This document shows positions 55,106 through 63,646 of a DNA stretch of 64,000 nt, piece after piece. The notes under the pieces are model-generated. The model saw only the letters and a list, made by a program, of their open reading frames with translations, was not told the origin of the DNA and did no database searches. Origin of the DNA: Candidatus Magasanikbacteria bacterium RIFOXYD1_FULL_40_23 (GTDB lineage Bacteria > Patescibacteriota > Patescibacteriia > Magasanikbacterales > GWA2-37-8); the NCBI GenBank assembly GCA_001783215.1, contig MFRA01000005.1:29845-93844 (forward strand). Direction: 5' to 3'. Position numbers and translations under genes: made by a program. How positions within the stretch are numbered: the stretch's first letter is position 1; the number at the start of each line of letters is the position of its first letter.

Positions 55106-55864
55106 CTAGGCCACGGCGGCCATGATGCTGGACTGCTCGAACTTGGGGTTCGTCAGCAGGGCGAAGATCCGGGCGAAGCGCTCGTGGCCGAGCTCGCTGG
55201 ACTGCCACCCCTTCTGGTCCAGCTCGGCCTGCGTGTACTTCTGGGCGCAGGAGCCGTTGCGGGCGATGGTGACGTTGCCGTCCTTGTCGATGTGGTAGAC
55301 GGTGGCGCTCTTCTTCTTGGCACCATCGAGGAACACCAGGGCGATCAGCATGCCGCCGCTGACCTTCCAGATGACGGGGGTCATCGCCATGTTGGTGGCG
55401 TTGAACTCGTCGGTGGCGGGGTCGTTCTCCATGACCTTCCCCTGGAGGGCGGGCAAGCTGCCCGGGTACTGGAGGGAGACCGTGGTCTCGCCGGCGGTGA
55501 TCTTGATGGTCTCCATCGGCTGCGCGTTGCGCTTCTTCTGGGCCTTGTCCAGCCGGTGACCCACCAGGAGCCAGTGCCGCATGTTGCGCAGCTCCTGCCG
55601 CTCCCAGTAGGGCGAGCATGCCTTCTGCCGGATGCCGAAGTTCAGCTCGATCTTCGCCGCGACCTCGGGGCACATCGGGCAGACGATCCCGCTCCGCTCG
55701 TTGTGCAGGAACGGGCGCTTGCCACCCATGCAGAGGAAGTAGCTGTAGTTCTCGAGCGCGTACAAGGCGCCGGTCTCGGTGATGGCCTTCGTCGTGAAGG
55801 TCTGGCGCATGGTGCGCGCGTGCGAGGGGGTGAGCTTGTACGAGTCCTGGCTCATGGTGATCAT
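55106..55864 (-). CDS. hypothetical Cys-containing protein encoded in a very GC-rich block; strong SD (AAGGAGA)
   Basis: AAGGAGACTGCT ATG ATC ACC ATG. Balanced amino-acid composition, whereas the overlapping ORFs 55038-56048(-) and 55091-55960(+) are Arg/Ala/Gly/Pro artefacts. Cys-containing motifs FLCMGG, CPMCPE and KACSP. Confidence 0.5.
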   Translation of the reverse strand: MITMSQDSYKLTPSHARTMRQTFTTKAITETGALYALENYSYFLCMGGKRPFLHNERSGIVCPMCPEVAAKIELNFGIRQKACSPYWERQELRNMRHWLLVGHRLDKAQKKRNAQPMETIKITAGETTVSLQYPGSLPALQGKVMENDPATDEFNATNMAMTPVIWKVSGGMLIALVFLDGAKKKSATVYHIDKDGNVTIARNGSCAQKYTQAELDQKGWQSSELGHERFARIFALLTNPKFEQSSIMAAVA

Positions 55865-56036
55865 AGCAGTCTCCTTGGCGGTCGAAACGTCGTGTTGGTA
55901 ACCCTGAAACAGGGTCACCTATGGAAAAAATGGGATTTCTCCCTGTTTTGGAGGCCCTAATTAAGGCATCTAAAGCAGGGAAAAACCGTGTTTTAGTGAT
56001 AAATTGTAAAGAAAATGTTGCATATAGCAACCAAAC

Positions 56037-56069
56037 AATATACCACAAAAAAGCCCTTTTGTCAACCCC
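56037..56069 (-). promoter_or_regulatory. sigma70-like promoter (GGGGTTGACA / 17 nt / TATATT) on the minus strand, reading toward the GC-rich gene
   Basis: rc of 56060-56065 is TTGACA; rc of 56037-56042 is TATATT. Confidence 0.45.
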
Positions 56070-56136
56070 TTAATCCAACACTCAACTATTGTTTTTGGTG
56101 CCTTTCTATGTTATATATACTCATATCATTTATATG

Positions 56137-56949
56137 TTTTTAGATATTATAAAAGCTATAACCTTAGGTTTGGTAGAGGGCATTACCGAGTTTCTGCCCA
56201 TTTCTTCTACCGGTCATCTTATTATAGTAAATAAATGGCTAAGTTTTGCGCCATCATTTACAGTTATGTTTGATGTGGTAATCCAGCTCGGCGCGATTTT
56301 AGCTGTAATAGTAGTATTTTGGAAAAAGCTTTGGCCATTCGGTAAAGATGAAGCAAGCAAGTCTACTACATTAAATGTGCTTAGTTTACATATCTGGTAC
56401 AAGACAATTTTGGCCGTGTTGCCGGCATTAGTTTTGGGAGCATTGTTTGGAAGTTTTATAGAAGAAAAATTATTTAATCCATTGGTAGTCGCTGTTGCTT
56501 TAATTTTGGGTGGTGTGGTATTAATTGTCATAGAAAAAAGAAGGGTTGCTACACCGGTAAAGTTTACTTCGGAAATTTCTTATCGCACTGCTTTTTTAAT
56601 CGGTCTATTCCAATGTTTGGCTATGGTGCCAGGCACATCACGCGCAGCCGCCACAATTATCGGGGCAATGCTCTTGGGTGCAAGCAGAGTGGTGGCGGTA
56701 GAGTTTTCTTTTTTCTTGGCAATACCTACAATGCTGGCCGCTACGGCATATAGTTTGCTTAAGTATAATGCCAGTATTGGTATCAGCGAAGTTATAATTT
56801 TAGGTGTTGGTTTTATGGCAGCGTTTTTTACCGCCCTAGCTGTAATTAAATTTTTGTTAAATTATATTCAGAATAATAATTTCAAAGCGTTTGGTTATTA
56901 CCGTATTGGTTTGGGAGTTCTCATATTATTATTTTTTACAATATTATAA
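56137..56949 (+). CDS. uppP: undecaprenyl-diphosphatase (BacA/UppP)
   Basis: MFLDIIKAITLGLVEGITEFLPISSTGHLII. Start trimmed from the track ORF at 56089. Confidence 0.85.
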   Translation, partial: FLDIIKAITLGLVEGITEFLPISSTGHLIIVNKWLSFAPSFTVMFDVVIQLGAILAVIVVFWKKLWPFGKDEASKSTTLNVLSLHIWYKTILAVLPALVLGALFGSFIEEKLFNPLVVAVALILGGVVLIVIEKRRVATPVKFTSEISYRTAFLIGLFQCLAMVPGTSRAAATIIGAMLLGASRVVAVEFSFFLAIPTMLAATAYSLLKYNASIGISEVIILGVGFMAAFFTALAVIKFLLNYIQNNNFKAFGYYRIGLGVLILLFFTIL

Positions 56950-56952
56950 TTT

Positions 56953-57885
56953 ATGAATAATTACGAAATACTTTTATATTATAAATACGTGCACATTTCC
57001 GATCCGGATGAGTTTGCAGAAAAACACAGGTTGCTTTGTGAGAAGTTAGGATTTAAGGGGCGAATAATAATTACTGAAGAAGGTATAAACGGAACGGTAG
57101 AGGGGTTAAAAGAGAACACTCAAAAATATATAGATGAAATAACCAAGGACGCCAGGTTTGCCGACATGAATTTTAAAAGAAGTGAAGGTACCGGTAACGC
57201 TTTTCCTAAACTGTCTGTAAAGTCTCGTACCGAAATTGTAAGTGCTCATTTGGGAGAAGATGATGTAAATCCAAATGTGATGACTGGTAAATATTTGCCA
57301 GTCGAAGAATTGCACAAATGGATTCACAGCGATAAAGAATTTTATATTGTAGACATGCGCAATGACTACGAGCATTCAGTTGGATTTTTTAAAGATTCTA
57401 TTTTACCGCCACTAAAAAACTTCCGTGATTTGCCAAAAATTTTGCCAACGCTTGCGCACCTAAAAGATAAAACAGTGGTTACGGTTTGTACCGGAGGAGT
57501 TCGTTGTGAGAAAGCCTCTGGGTTTTTGGTTAAACACGGCTTCAAGGATGTTTATCAACTCCACAACGGAATTGTGTCTTATATGGAAAAGTATCCAAAC
57601 GAAGATTTTTTGGGGAAGCTTTATGTTTTTGATGGGCGAGTAACTATGGGTTTTAATACTCCTGATAAAGAGCCTGTGGTAGTAGGGAAATGCCGAAAAT
57701 GCGGGGTGAGTAGCGAACACTTTGTAAATTGCTTCCAGCCAAGTTGTCATGATCACTTTATTTGTTGTGAAAAATGTTTGAGTAAGAACGGTCAAGCATT
57801 TTGTAATTGGAAATGTGCTTTTATCAAAAAGATGCGAGATACTTTTCCAATTTTTAGGCACAGTGTAAAGAAAAAGAAGGATTAA
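56953..57885 (+). CDS. trhO: rhodanese-domain tRNA U34 hydroxylase (YceA/TrhO, UPF0176)
   Basis: MNNYEILLYYKYVHISDPDEF...ITEEGINGT. Rhodanese active-site CTGGVRCEKAS. C-terminal Cys cluster. Confidence 0.75.
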   Translation: MNNYEILLYYKYVHISDPDEFAEKHRLLCEKLGFKGRIIITEEGINGTVEGLKENTQKYIDEITKDARFADMNFKRSEGTGNAFPKLSVKSRTEIVSAHLGEDDVNPNVMTGKYLPVEELHKWIHSDKEFYIVDMRNDYEHSVGFFKDSILPPLKNFRDLPKILPTLAHLKDKTVVTVCTGGVRCEKASGFLVKHGFKDVYQLHNGIVSYMEKYPNEDFLGKLYVFDGRVTMGFNTPDKEPVVVGKCRKCGVSSEHFVNCFQPSCHDHFICCEKCLSKNGQAFCNWKCAFIKKMRDTFPIFRHSVKKKKD

Positions 57886-57895
57886 CTGGTTTAGT

Positions 57896-57968
57896 TGTCA
57901 TTCTGAGTAAAGCGAAGAATCCCTCTTGTCCGAACGAAAGGGATCCTTCACTCCGTTCAGGATGACAG
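57896..57968. repeat. inverted pair of GTCATTCTGA...GGATC units (family R) after trhO, overlapping the 5' end of the next ORF
   Basis: TGTCATTCTGAGTAAAGCGAAGAATCCCTC ttgtccgaacgaa AGGGATCCTTCACTCCGTTCAGGATGACA. Same two arm sequences as at 45769-45840 but in swapped order. Confidence 0.6.
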
Positions 57969-57979
57969 CTTCAAATTAT

Positions 57980-58318
57980 ATGAAGATAATATCTGGAATA
58001 GTAATAGAAGGAAAAAAGAAGGGTAGAGAATTGGGTTTTCCGACCGCCAATATTATTTTATTAGAAAAAATGGATGGTGGAATTTATGCTGGCAAAACAA
58101 TTATTTCTGACAAAGAGTATTTGGGAGCGATATTTGTTTATCCGGGAGGAGATCTATTTGAAGTGCATATTTTGGATTTCGAAGGAGATTTATACGGGCA
58201 GGCGTTAAAAGTTCATGTAGGAGAAAAAGTAAGAGATTCCAAACAATTTGATAACGAAGAAGAGTTGAAGGTGCAGATTGTGGCGGATATTGATTATATT
58301 AAAAACTTAAAGTTTTAA
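57980..58318 (+). CDS. riboflavin kinase domain protein (monofunctional RibF C-terminal-like)
   Basis: GIVIEGKKKGRELGFPTANI. Start trimmed so it does not begin inside the repeat pair. Confidence 0.6.
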   Translation: MKIISGIVIEGKKKGRELGFPTANIILLEKMDGGIYAGKTIISDKEYLGAIFVYPGGDLFEVHILDFEGDLYGQALKVHVGEKVRDSKQFDNEEELKVQIVADIDYIKNLKF

Positions 58319-58320
58319 GT

Positions 58321-58905
58321 ATGTTTACAGGTATTATAAAGAAAACTTCTGTTATAAAAGATTTATATAAGAAAGGTGAGAACCTGTTTGCTTCTGTTAC
58401 TAAAGAAAAAGATTGGCCAGTAGAACTTGGGCAAAGCATTTCTATAAATGGTGTTTGTTCAACTGTAAAAAGTTTTGATAAAACAAGTTTTTTGGTGGAG
58501 TGGATGCCAGAGACCTTGAAAAAAACCAGTGTAAATAGTTTTAAAAAAGGCACAATGGTAAATTTGGAAACAAGTTTGAATATGAGCACCATGTTAGATG
58601 GTCATATTGTGCAGGGGCATGTAGATACGGTGGGTAAGGTGATAGAAATTAAACCAAAGAAAGATTCTAGAGTTATAAAAATAAAATTGCCGGCCAAATT
58701 TATGAAGTTTATTGCCGACAAAGGCTCGGTGGCAGTAGATGGTATAAGTTTAACCGTAGTAGATACTGGTCGAGATTGGTTTACAGTATCGCTTGTTAGC
58801 TACACAATTTCTCATACCAATTTTTTAAATACCAAAAAAGGCGATCTAGTAAATATAGAAACAGACGTGTTAGCGAAGTATATACACAAATTATTGAAGA
58901 AGTAG
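58321..58905 (+). CDS. ribE: riboflavin synthase alpha chain
   Basis: MFTGIIKKTSVIKDL, and two lumazine-binding repeats (ISINGVCSTV / VAVDGISLTV). Confidence 0.85.
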   Translation: MFTGIIKKTSVIKDLYKKGENLFASVTKEKDWPVELGQSISINGVCSTVKSFDKTSFLVEWMPETLKKTSVNSFKKGTMVNLETSLNMSTMLDGHIVQGHVDTVGKVIEIKPKKDSRVIKIKLPAKFMKFIADKGSVAVDGISLTVVDTGRDWFTVSLVSYTISHTNFLNTKKGDLVNIETDVLAKYIHKLLKK

Positions 58906-58908
58906 TTT

Positions 58909-60231
58909 TTAGAGCGCCAAATCGGCAATATCTTTTTTGTATTTATCGGCCTGAGCCATTACGTTGTCGCCATAGAAACGATAACGAGTATTGGTTCCTC
59001 CGGAGAAGTAGCGCATTGCTGCTTTCCATTCACCATCACGTGTGCCATCGGCACCGTTGTTTTTTAATAATAGCGCGGCACCCATAAATGCATCTCGGAT
59101 ATCCCAAGGATCGGCTGGTTTTTTGCCTGTAATGGCGCTAACTTTGTCTTTGTAACCTATCCAAGTGGAAGGAATAAATTGAGCTGGACCCATAGCGCCA
59201 CCCCAACCAAGCTGGGAGCCGTCTTTGTTTTTCATAGGGCAGGATACTGGAGTAACATCTGGATCACGGCCAAGTTCTTCTACGATTTTTACAAATGGCT
59301 CTTGGTCGCGAGTTGGTTTCATAATTACCTTCCAGCCTTTTTCAGGTGGATCGCCTGGGCGATTGCAGGTGCCGACATTTTTGCCCAAGTTTGATTCTTG
59401 AGTAAGGATAGCAAGAAGAAAAGCAGCCGATACGCCGGTTTGTTTGTCTGTGGACTCCGCTATTTCTACTGCTTGGCCAAAAGTAATTTGGGTGCCTACG
59501 CCTAATAGTTCGTAGATGCGGCTTCGTATTTGGGCTGCATGTTTTTTGCTATCTTGGAGAAGGTTTTGGAATGTGGTTTCCAAGCCCTTTGTTTGCTCTA
59601 GTAGTTGGCTTTGCTCTTGGAGTTTGCCGCCCAGAGCGTTTTGTTGAATTTTTACAACACTAAGCAGTTTTTCGGCGTCATCTTGCTGGTCTTCGAAGTC
59701 TACTTGTTGCTGGCCTAGCTTTTTTTGTATTCCCTTTGATTCTTGTACGAGGTCATTTATAGAGGTAGACAACTTTTCGTAATTAGTTGCTTCTATAAAA
59801 GCTTTGTTTAGGCCGCTCTCTGCAAGAATATTAAGCAAAAATAAATCATTATCTTTTTGTTGCATTATGCGCAAGAGTTTGGCCAGCTCTATTCGTAAGT
59901 GGGCAATTTTTGCTTTGTTTACATCTATAGCTTTGGAAGTTTTAACTAGCTTGGTTTCTAGATCGTTTATTTTTACATTGGTAGATTTTATCTGTAGACG
60001 GAGTCTGGCTTCTTCGTTTTTAAGCTGTTTGATTTTATTGGCCAGAGTATTTTTTTCGCCTTTGGTAACGCTTAGTTGTTTTTCTAGTTCAGTAATTTGG
60101 TTTTCTATTGCAGTTAGTTCTGTTTCTAGTTGCTTACGTGTTTCTGTGTCGGTTTGGGCATAAACTTTTATACAAAAAACCACGCCAATTAGCGTTAGGA
60201 TTAAAGCAAACTTTTTAAAGTGTGGAAACAT
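58909..60231 (-). CDS. secreted coiled-coil protein with a C-terminal lytic-transglycosylase-like (SLT-like) domain
   Basis: About 230 aa of heptad-rich sequence, then AILTQESNLG...GGAMGPAQFIPSTW. Confidence 0.4.
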   Translation of the reverse strand: MFPHFKKFALILTLIGVVFCIKVYAQTDTETRKQLETELTAIENQITELEKQLSVTKGEKNTLANKIKQLKNEEARLRLQIKSTNVKINDLETKLVKTSKAIDVNKAKIAHLRIELAKLLRIMQQKDNDLFLLNILAESGLNKAFIEATNYEKLSTSINDLVQESKGIQKKLGQQQVDFEDQQDDAEKLLSVVKIQQNALGGKLQEQSQLLEQTKGLETTFQNLLQDSKKHAAQIRSRIYELLGVGTQITFGQAVEIAESTDKQTGVSAAFLLAILTQESNLGKNVGTCNRPGDPPEKGWKVIMKPTRDQEPFVKIVEELGRDPDVTPVSCPMKNKDGSQLGWGGAMGPAQFIPSTWIGYKDKVSAITGKKPADPWDIRDAFMGAALLLKNNGADGTRDGEWKAAMRYFSGGTNTRYRFYGDNVMAQADKYKKDIADLAL

Positions 60232-60293
60232 ACTGCTTATATATAACTATACCCATTTGGTGAGCTTTCGTTACTGATAGAATATCAGTTTCG

Positions 60294-61697
60294 GTGCTAT
60301 TTTTCAACGGCAACAAGGCAATATTTAATGATTTTTGTTTCGTAGACAGTCGCAAGCTTTCTTGTTATAGTATGGTAGTTATTTATGGGTTTATGTTGAT
60401 TTTGGCAGTGGCTTATTTTTTACTTTTTACCTGTGTAGCTTTGCATAATTTTCGCTGGGCTATTTTTGCTTTTATCCTCTTACTACCTTCGTATCTTATA
60501 CGTTTTGATGTTTTTTATTTTAAAAAGATAGTTTTTCCTTCCACAGTTTTGGAACTGTCTTTTGGGGCGATTTTCTTGGTTTGGCTTATCAAATATAGTA
60601 GGACAGATTGGTCAAAAATTTGGGCTATAGCCAAAAAACATATCTGGTTCTTTGTCGCCTTTGATTTATTTTTTATATCCTCTGTAGTGAGTATTTTTGT
60701 TAGTGATATGCCCATACCATCGCTGGGCGAGTGGCGCGCGTTTTTCTTGGAGCCAATGATTTTCTTTTTAATTTTAATTGGAAGAAAGGAAATTTTTAAA
60801 ACAAAAGATTTATTTTTGGCTTTGGCTTTTTCTACCCTGAGTATTAGTGTTTTTGCAGTTGCGCAAAAGTTTACTGGTTGGGGGATAGCTACGCCAGAAT
60901 GGTCGGCTGCAGCCACACGACGAGTAACTGCGTTTTTTAGTTCCCCCAATGCAGTTGGTTTGTATCTGGCACCTGTTTTTATGTTAATAGTCGCAGTAAT
61001 AGCTTCTTATGGACGAGACATTAAAGGTTTATTACGACGTCCATCGTATTTGGGGATTGTTGCGACAGCACTTTTTTGTGTATTAGCCATAACGTTTACC
61101 AAATCTCAGGGTACGTGGATAGGTTTGGGTGCGGGAATGCTGACATTTTTGTTTTTTGTAGATTATAAAAAATTGGCTATTGCTTTGGCTGTGGCTGGTG
61201 CAGTGTTTGCTTTGGTGGTGCCATCTATGCGACAGGCAGTCTTGTTTCAAGACCAAGCAAATCAGAATCGCCTAAGACTTTGGGGTTACTCCTGGACATT
61301 TTTGGAAGCATCTCCAAAAAACTTTGTTTTGGGTACAGGAGTGCGTCAGTTTTTTAGAAAAATACAAAAACCGTACTATGACAAGTATGTTATGGAGCGA
61401 CTTATCTATCCGCATAATATATTTCTTAATTTTTGGACAGAGATCGGTTTGGTGGGCATGCTAGCAGTTATGGGGGTACTTGCCTATGTTTTTTGTTTGG
61501 CAAATAGAATCAGAAAAAATAATAAATTAATTGGAGCTGGGCTTATGTCTGCGCTTGTTGTTTTGGTAGTGCATGGGCTAGTCGATGTGCCTTATTTTAA
61601 AAACGACTTAGCGTTTTTGTTTTGGATTTTAATGACGACGGTGTTTATCTTGTATGAAAATATATATAAAAGCGAAGCCGAACTCATACGAGGATAA
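60294..61697 (+). CDS. O-antigen ligase / Wzy_C-family polytopic membrane protein
   Basis: 12+ TM helices. Periplasmic loop ...RLWGYSWTFLEASPKNFVLGTG... and YPHNIFLNFWTEIGLVG. The start may be an internal Met. Confidence 0.6.
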   Translation: MLFFNGNKAIFNDFCFVDSRKLSCYSMVVIYGFMLILAVAYFLLFTCVALHNFRWAIFAFILLLPSYLIRFDVFYFKKIVFPSTVLELSFGAIFLVWLIKYSRTDWSKIWAIAKKHIWFFVAFDLFFISSVVSIFVSDMPIPSLGEWRAFFLEPMIFFLILIGRKEIFKTKDLFLALAFSTLSISVFAVAQKFTGWGIATPEWSAAATRRVTAFFSSPNAVGLYLAPVFMLIVAVIASYGRDIKGLLRRPSYLGIVATALFCVLAITFTKSQGTWIGLGAGMLTFLFFVDYKKLAIALAVAGAVFALVVPSMRQAVLFQDQANQNRLRLWGYSWTFLEASPKNFVLGTGVRQFFRKIQKPYYDKYVMERLIYPHNIFLNFWTEIGLVGMLAVMGVLAYVFCLANRIRKNNKLIGAGLMSALVVLVVHGLVDVPYFKNDLAFLFWILMTTVFILYENIYKSEAELIRG

Positions 61698-61872
61698 AGT
61701 AGAAAAGATAGATGATACGCATTTTGTAGTGGCAGTAAAAGAGCCACCGCAAAATGGGTTGGCCAACAAAGGCATATGCAGAACCTTGGCAAAATATTTT
61801 GAGGTATCGCAATCAATGGTGGTGGTAAAAAAAGGATTTACGAGTAAAAATAAAATTATTGAGATATTGTGA
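61654..61872 (+). CDS. DUF167/YggU-family small protein (UPF0235)
   Basis: IKAKPNSYEDKVEKIDDTHFVVAVKEPPQNGLANKGICRTLAKYFEV. Overlaps the preceding gene's 3' end in another frame. Confidence 0.55.
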   Translation: MKIYIKAKPNSYEDKVEKIDDTHFVVAVKEPPQNGLANKGICRTLAKYFEVSQSMVVVKKGFTSKNKIIEIL

Positions 61873-61879
61873 TTTACAT

Positions 61880-62390
61880 TAATCCACCTTTTGTAACTAC
61901 AACTCATCACCCCATTTTGTCAGCAAAAACATCTTTGCCGCTTTCTTTAGTAGAAAGCGGCGGAAAGAATCGCTCACGGTGGAAACTATCGGATAATTTA
62001 TGACTCATTGTCTCTTCCGCCCTAAACTCGCTTGCGAGCTCAAGCATAGGGCGGATTCCGCCAAGGAACCGTTCCAATTCACCTATAAATTGCACCGCTA
62101 GTTTCCAATGTTCGCCTAGACAATCGACGGACAACGGCTCGCTATCCGAGCATATGGCGAGCGATGCTACTGGCCACGGTGAGGGTGAGCAGTGCCTTCT
62201 TTAAGGCACAGGTAGTCATAAGGTAGTTTGCTGATTGACTACCTGAGCGAACCTGAGCCGATTGGCAGTAGCGGAGTGAGACATCAGCTCGGAAACTTTT
62301 CCCTCCAGCTTTTGGTTACAAAAGGTGGAAAACGTACTTCTACTAAAGAAGTGACAAGTAAAAGGTTTTTGGTTCCAAAAGGTGGAAATG
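61880..62390 (+). ncRNA. copy 2 (apparently complete) of the unclassified ~430-500-nt structured repeat/ncRNA candidate
   Basis: Conserved blocks shared with 17361-17775. 5' hairpin CGCUUUC-UUUAGUA-GAAAGCG. A 3' segment CUUCUACUAAAGAAG is complementary to the 5' hairpin arm. A flank CCACCTTTTGTAAC (61884) is complementary to GGTTACAAAAGGTGG (62320). Internal hairpins are preserved with a G-U to A-U change between copies. Confidence 0.5.
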
Positions 62391-62435
62391 AGGGTTTGTT
62401 AAAAAGAAAAAGATTTAAATTTTAATTGAAATAGT

Positions 62436-63575
62436 ATGGATAAAGTATATAAAGACTCGCTCAAGCTCCACAAAAAATTCCATGGAAAATTGGAATTGAA
62501 AAGTAAAGTACCAATAAAAAATAAAGCAGATCTTTCTCTTGCTTATACTCCAGGAGTAGCGCAGGTATGCCGTGAAATTGGCAAAGACAAAAGTTTGGCG
62601 CGTGAATATACTATAAAGAAAAATACCGTAGCTGTAATTTCTGATGGCTCGGCAATTTTGGGTTTGGGAAATCTGGGCCCAGAAGCAGCTATTCCAGTAA
62701 TGGAAGGTAAGGCTGTGCTATTTAAAGAGTTTGGGGGAGTGGATGCGTTTCCAATTTGTTTGGATACTCAGGATACGGAAGAGATTATTAAAACTGTAAA
62801 ATATTTGGCGCCGGTATTTGGTGGTATAAATCTAGAAGATATCTCTGCGCCAAGATGTTTTGAAATAGAAGAAAGATTAAAAAAGGAAATGTCTATTCCG
62901 GTAATGCACGACGATCAGCACGGTACAGCGGTGGTGGTGCTTGCTGCTATGATAAATGCGTTAAAGATAAAAAGATTAGATAAAAGCAAGGCTAAAGTAG
63001 TAATTAGCGGCGCGGGTGCAGCAGGTACAGCTGTAGCCAAAATTTTGATGAACTATGGTTTTAAAAATGTATCTGTTTGTGATAGCAAAGGTTTAATTTA
63101 CAAAGAGAGAGGGGATTTAAATAATGCAAAGTTGGACTTGGCTATTCTTACCGGCGCCAGCGCAGTACCGGATATTAGTCTAAAGGGTGTGTTGAAAAAT
63201 ACGGATGTATTTATTGGGGTAAGTGGTCCAAATATCATAACTCGTGCCGAAGTGAAGAGTATGAATGCAAAGCCGATTATTTTGGTGCTCGCCAATCCGG
63301 TGCCGGAAATTATGCCAGATGAAGCTAGGGCAGGTGGCGCATTTATTATTGGTACTGGCAGATCCGACTTTCCTAATCAAATAAATAATGTGTTGGCCTT
63401 CCCGGGAATATTTAGAGGGGCGTTGGATAATAAAGTAACTCAGATTACAGAAGAGATGCTGGTAAAAGCGGCCAAGAATTTGGCAAACTATGTAAAGAAA
63501 CCAAGCAGAGAAAATATTTTGCCAAAGCCGTTTGATAAAGGTGTGGCCAAGGCGGTGGCTAAAGCCATTAGGTAA
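62436..63575 (+). CDS. maeA: NAD(P)-dependent malic enzyme (short ~380-aa form)
   Basis: AYTPGVAQVCREI, and the NAD-binding VISGAGAAGTAVAKIL. Confidence 0.8.
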   Translation: MDKVYKDSLKLHKKFHGKLELKSKVPIKNKADLSLAYTPGVAQVCREIGKDKSLAREYTIKKNTVAVISDGSAILGLGNLGPEAAIPVMEGKAVLFKEFGGVDAFPICLDTQDTEEIIKTVKYLAPVFGGINLEDISAPRCFEIEERLKKEMSIPVMHDDQHGTAVVVLAAMINALKIKRLDKSKAKVVISGAGAAGTAVAKILMNYGFKNVSVCDSKGLIYKERGDLNNAKLDLAILTGASAVPDISLKGVLKNTDVFIGVSGPNIITRAEVKSMNAKPIILVLANPVPEIMPDEARAGGAFIIGTGRSDFPNQINNVLAFPGIFRGALDNKVTQITEEMLVKAAKNLANYVKKPSRENILPKPFDKGVAKAVAKAIR

Positions 63576-63595
63576 TAATTATAAACTTAGTTAAA

Positions 63596-63632
63596 ACAAA
63601 AAACCAAGCACAAGACTTGGTTTTTTGTTTTA
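63596..63632 (+). terminator. rho-independent terminator
   Basis: AAAACCAAGCACAAGACTTGGTTTTTTGTTTT. Confidence 0.7.
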
Positions 63633-63646
63633 TGTTTGGATTAATT

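Noticed and set aside
55038-56048. Track ORFs 55038-56048 (-) 336 aa and 55091-55960 (+) 289 aa
   Set aside because: Arg/Ala/Gly/Pro-dominated translations are typical of non-coding frames in high-GC DNA. The 55106-55864 (-) frame has protein-like composition and an SD, so only it was called.
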